A DNA stretch of 18,456 nucleotides, taken from NCBI GenBank assembly GCA_902634185.1, contig CACPJC010000008.1, positions 1-18,456 of the forward strand. The letters run 5' to 3'. The notes beneath the pieces were generated by a model, which was not told the origin of the DNA, did not search any database, and saw only the letters and a program-made list of their open reading frames with translations. The position numbers were made by a program, and so were the translations under genes. This stretch comes from an uncultured Candidatus Actinomarina sp. Lineage in GTDB: Bacteria > Actinomycetota > Acidimicrobiia > Actinomarinales > Actinomarinaceae. This document shows, one piece after another, positions 17,442 to 18,456 of this stretch (positions within the stretch are counted from its first letter, which is position 1; each line of letters starts with the position of its first letter).

Positions 17442-17761
17442 CTACTAAAACCCATTACAGTAGGACTCATTTTTTCTATGTCATTAAGTTTGTATGGGGT
17501 TTCAAGATCTAGGTTCAAGTTATTAACCCTTAGCCTGACATATGAATTTAATTTGGATAAATTTTCAATATTTTCAAATGAGTATTTCTTAATGTATTCA
17601 ACATTTATATTTGCTCTAGAGCGTTCGAGTTCTAAAATTTCATTGTTAATTGATGAAAGTTCATTTGAAATTTCATTCATTTTTATATTTATAAAAAGTG
17701 AAAAAATAACAGATATTGATAAGAGTGAATATATTAAACGAAAAATATATTTTTTTCTCAT
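17438..17761 (-). CDS. ftsL: Probable cell division protein FtsL
   Basis: 107 aa: short basic N-terminus, one TM helix, heptad coiled coil; lies between rsmH and ftsI with ATGA overlaps on both sides. Called from topology and synteny. Confidence 0.72.
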   Translation of the reverse strand: MRKKYIFRLIYSLLSISVIFSLFINIKMNEISNELSSINNEILELERSRANINVEYIKKYSFENIENLSKLNSYVRLRVNNLNLDLETPYKLNDIEKMSPTVMGFSR

Positions 17762-18456
17762 AATTTAATCACGTACCTTAACGTTGCAGATTTTGCTCTT
17801 GAATTAGTTTCTATTTCTTTATTGCTGGGGTAATATTTTTTTTTGTTTGGAAATTTAAAACTTTCTACATTGTTACAAACACATATTGCAATTGAAGGAT
17901 CGCAAGTACAACCAATGGTTAACTCGTTCATAAAATTTTTAACAATTTTATCTTCAAGGGAATGATAAGAAATGCAAACTATCACTCCATTTTTTGAAAT
18001 TACATCTTTTATACTGGTTAATGAATTTCTTAACTCATCTAACTCGTCATTAACTTGAATTCTTATCGCTTGAAAAATTCTTCGAATACTTTTTTCAATA
18101 TAAATGGGATTTTGTTTTGGTAAAGCATCTTTAATTAGTTTTACCAAATCCTTTGTTTTGTAAATTGGCCGATTATCTACTATTTTTTTTGCTATTGAAC
18201 TTGAATATCTTTCCTCTCCATAATTTTGAAAAACTAGTTTTAATTCTTTATAAGAAAATGAATTCAATATATTTTCAGCAGTTAAAGATTCTTGTTGATT
18301 CATTCTCATATCTAAATCAGAATTAATTGAATATGAAAACCCTCTAGATGGTGTATCTATTTGATGACTTGAAACTCCAAGATCATAAAGAATTCCACTA
18401 ATTGGAGTAAATGAATTCTTTTCTAAATAATCTTGAATTTCTGAAAAGTTTAACTG
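17758..18456 (-). CDS. rsmH: 16S rRNA m4C1402 methyltransferase RsmH/MraW, 5' end outside the window
   Basis: Frame is open to the window edge: ...GILYDLGVSSHQIDTPSRGFSY...LDMRM, then YGEERY, FQAIRIQVNDEL, ISYHSLEDKIVK, NSRAKSATLR. The ORF-track start at 18309 is an internal Met. Confidence 0.97.
   Translation of the reverse strand, partial: QLNFSEIQDYLEKNSFTPISGILYDLGVSSHQIDTPSRGFSYSINSDLDMRMNQQESLTAENILNSFSYKELKLVFQNYGEERYSSSIAKKIVDNRPIYKTKDLVKLIKDALPKQNPIYIEKSIRRIFQAIRIQVNDELDELRNSLTSIKDVISKNGVIVCISYHSLEDKIVKNFMNELTIGCTCDPSIAICVCNNVESFKFPNKKKYYPSNKEIETNSRAKSATLRYVIKL

Noticed and set aside
17478-17768. 96-aa plus-strand ORF as an alternative to ftsL
   Set aside because: The minus-strand ORF has FtsL topology and ATGA coupling at both ends; the plus ORF has neither.
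17870-17915. CTC...CVC cluster in RsmH as a new metal site
   Set aside because: A CxC...CxC insertion here is a familiar feature of many RsmH proteins.
1-18456. CRISPR arrays, tandem repeats, tRNA/ncRNA genes, IS elements, inteins or stop-codon reassignment
   Set aside because: None seen. Almost all bases are coding, no gene shows an intein-sized insertion, and TAA, TAG and TGA all serve as stops with Trp as TGG.

Overview
An AT-rich (roughly 30% GC by eye), very densely packed housekeeping region. It holds a division/cell-wall (dcw) cluster on the minus strand: rsmH(partial)-ftsL-ftsI-murE-mraY-murD-ftsW-murG-murC-murB-ftsQ-ftsZ-pgeF-yggS-sepF-yggT. This converges on a plus-strand type-2 ileS, followed by a minus-strand dksA/traR-family gene and lspA (partial, missing from the ORF track). 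Gene order, the absence of ftsA, the FtsZ 'NYxAVIKVVG/[10 protein letters not shown]' signature and the extreme compaction suggest a streamlined low-GC actinobacterium such as marine Acidimicrobiia/Ca. Actinomarina (inference). I see no mobile element, CRISPR array, RNA gene or defence system, and no clearly new multi-gene system. The notable points are deviations inside core genes: (1) FtsZ has a 44-aa histone-H1-like basic N-terminal tail with two possible starts; (2) the IleRS editing site has lost both residues that protect Ile-tRNA from mis-editing; (3) divIVA and murF are missing from their usual positions; (4) the DksA zinc finger has only three Cys and IleRS lacks its Zn-knuckle Cys, beside a Fur/Zur-like palindrome; (5) extracytoplasmic parts of FtsI, FtsW and FtsQ carry paired cysteines.
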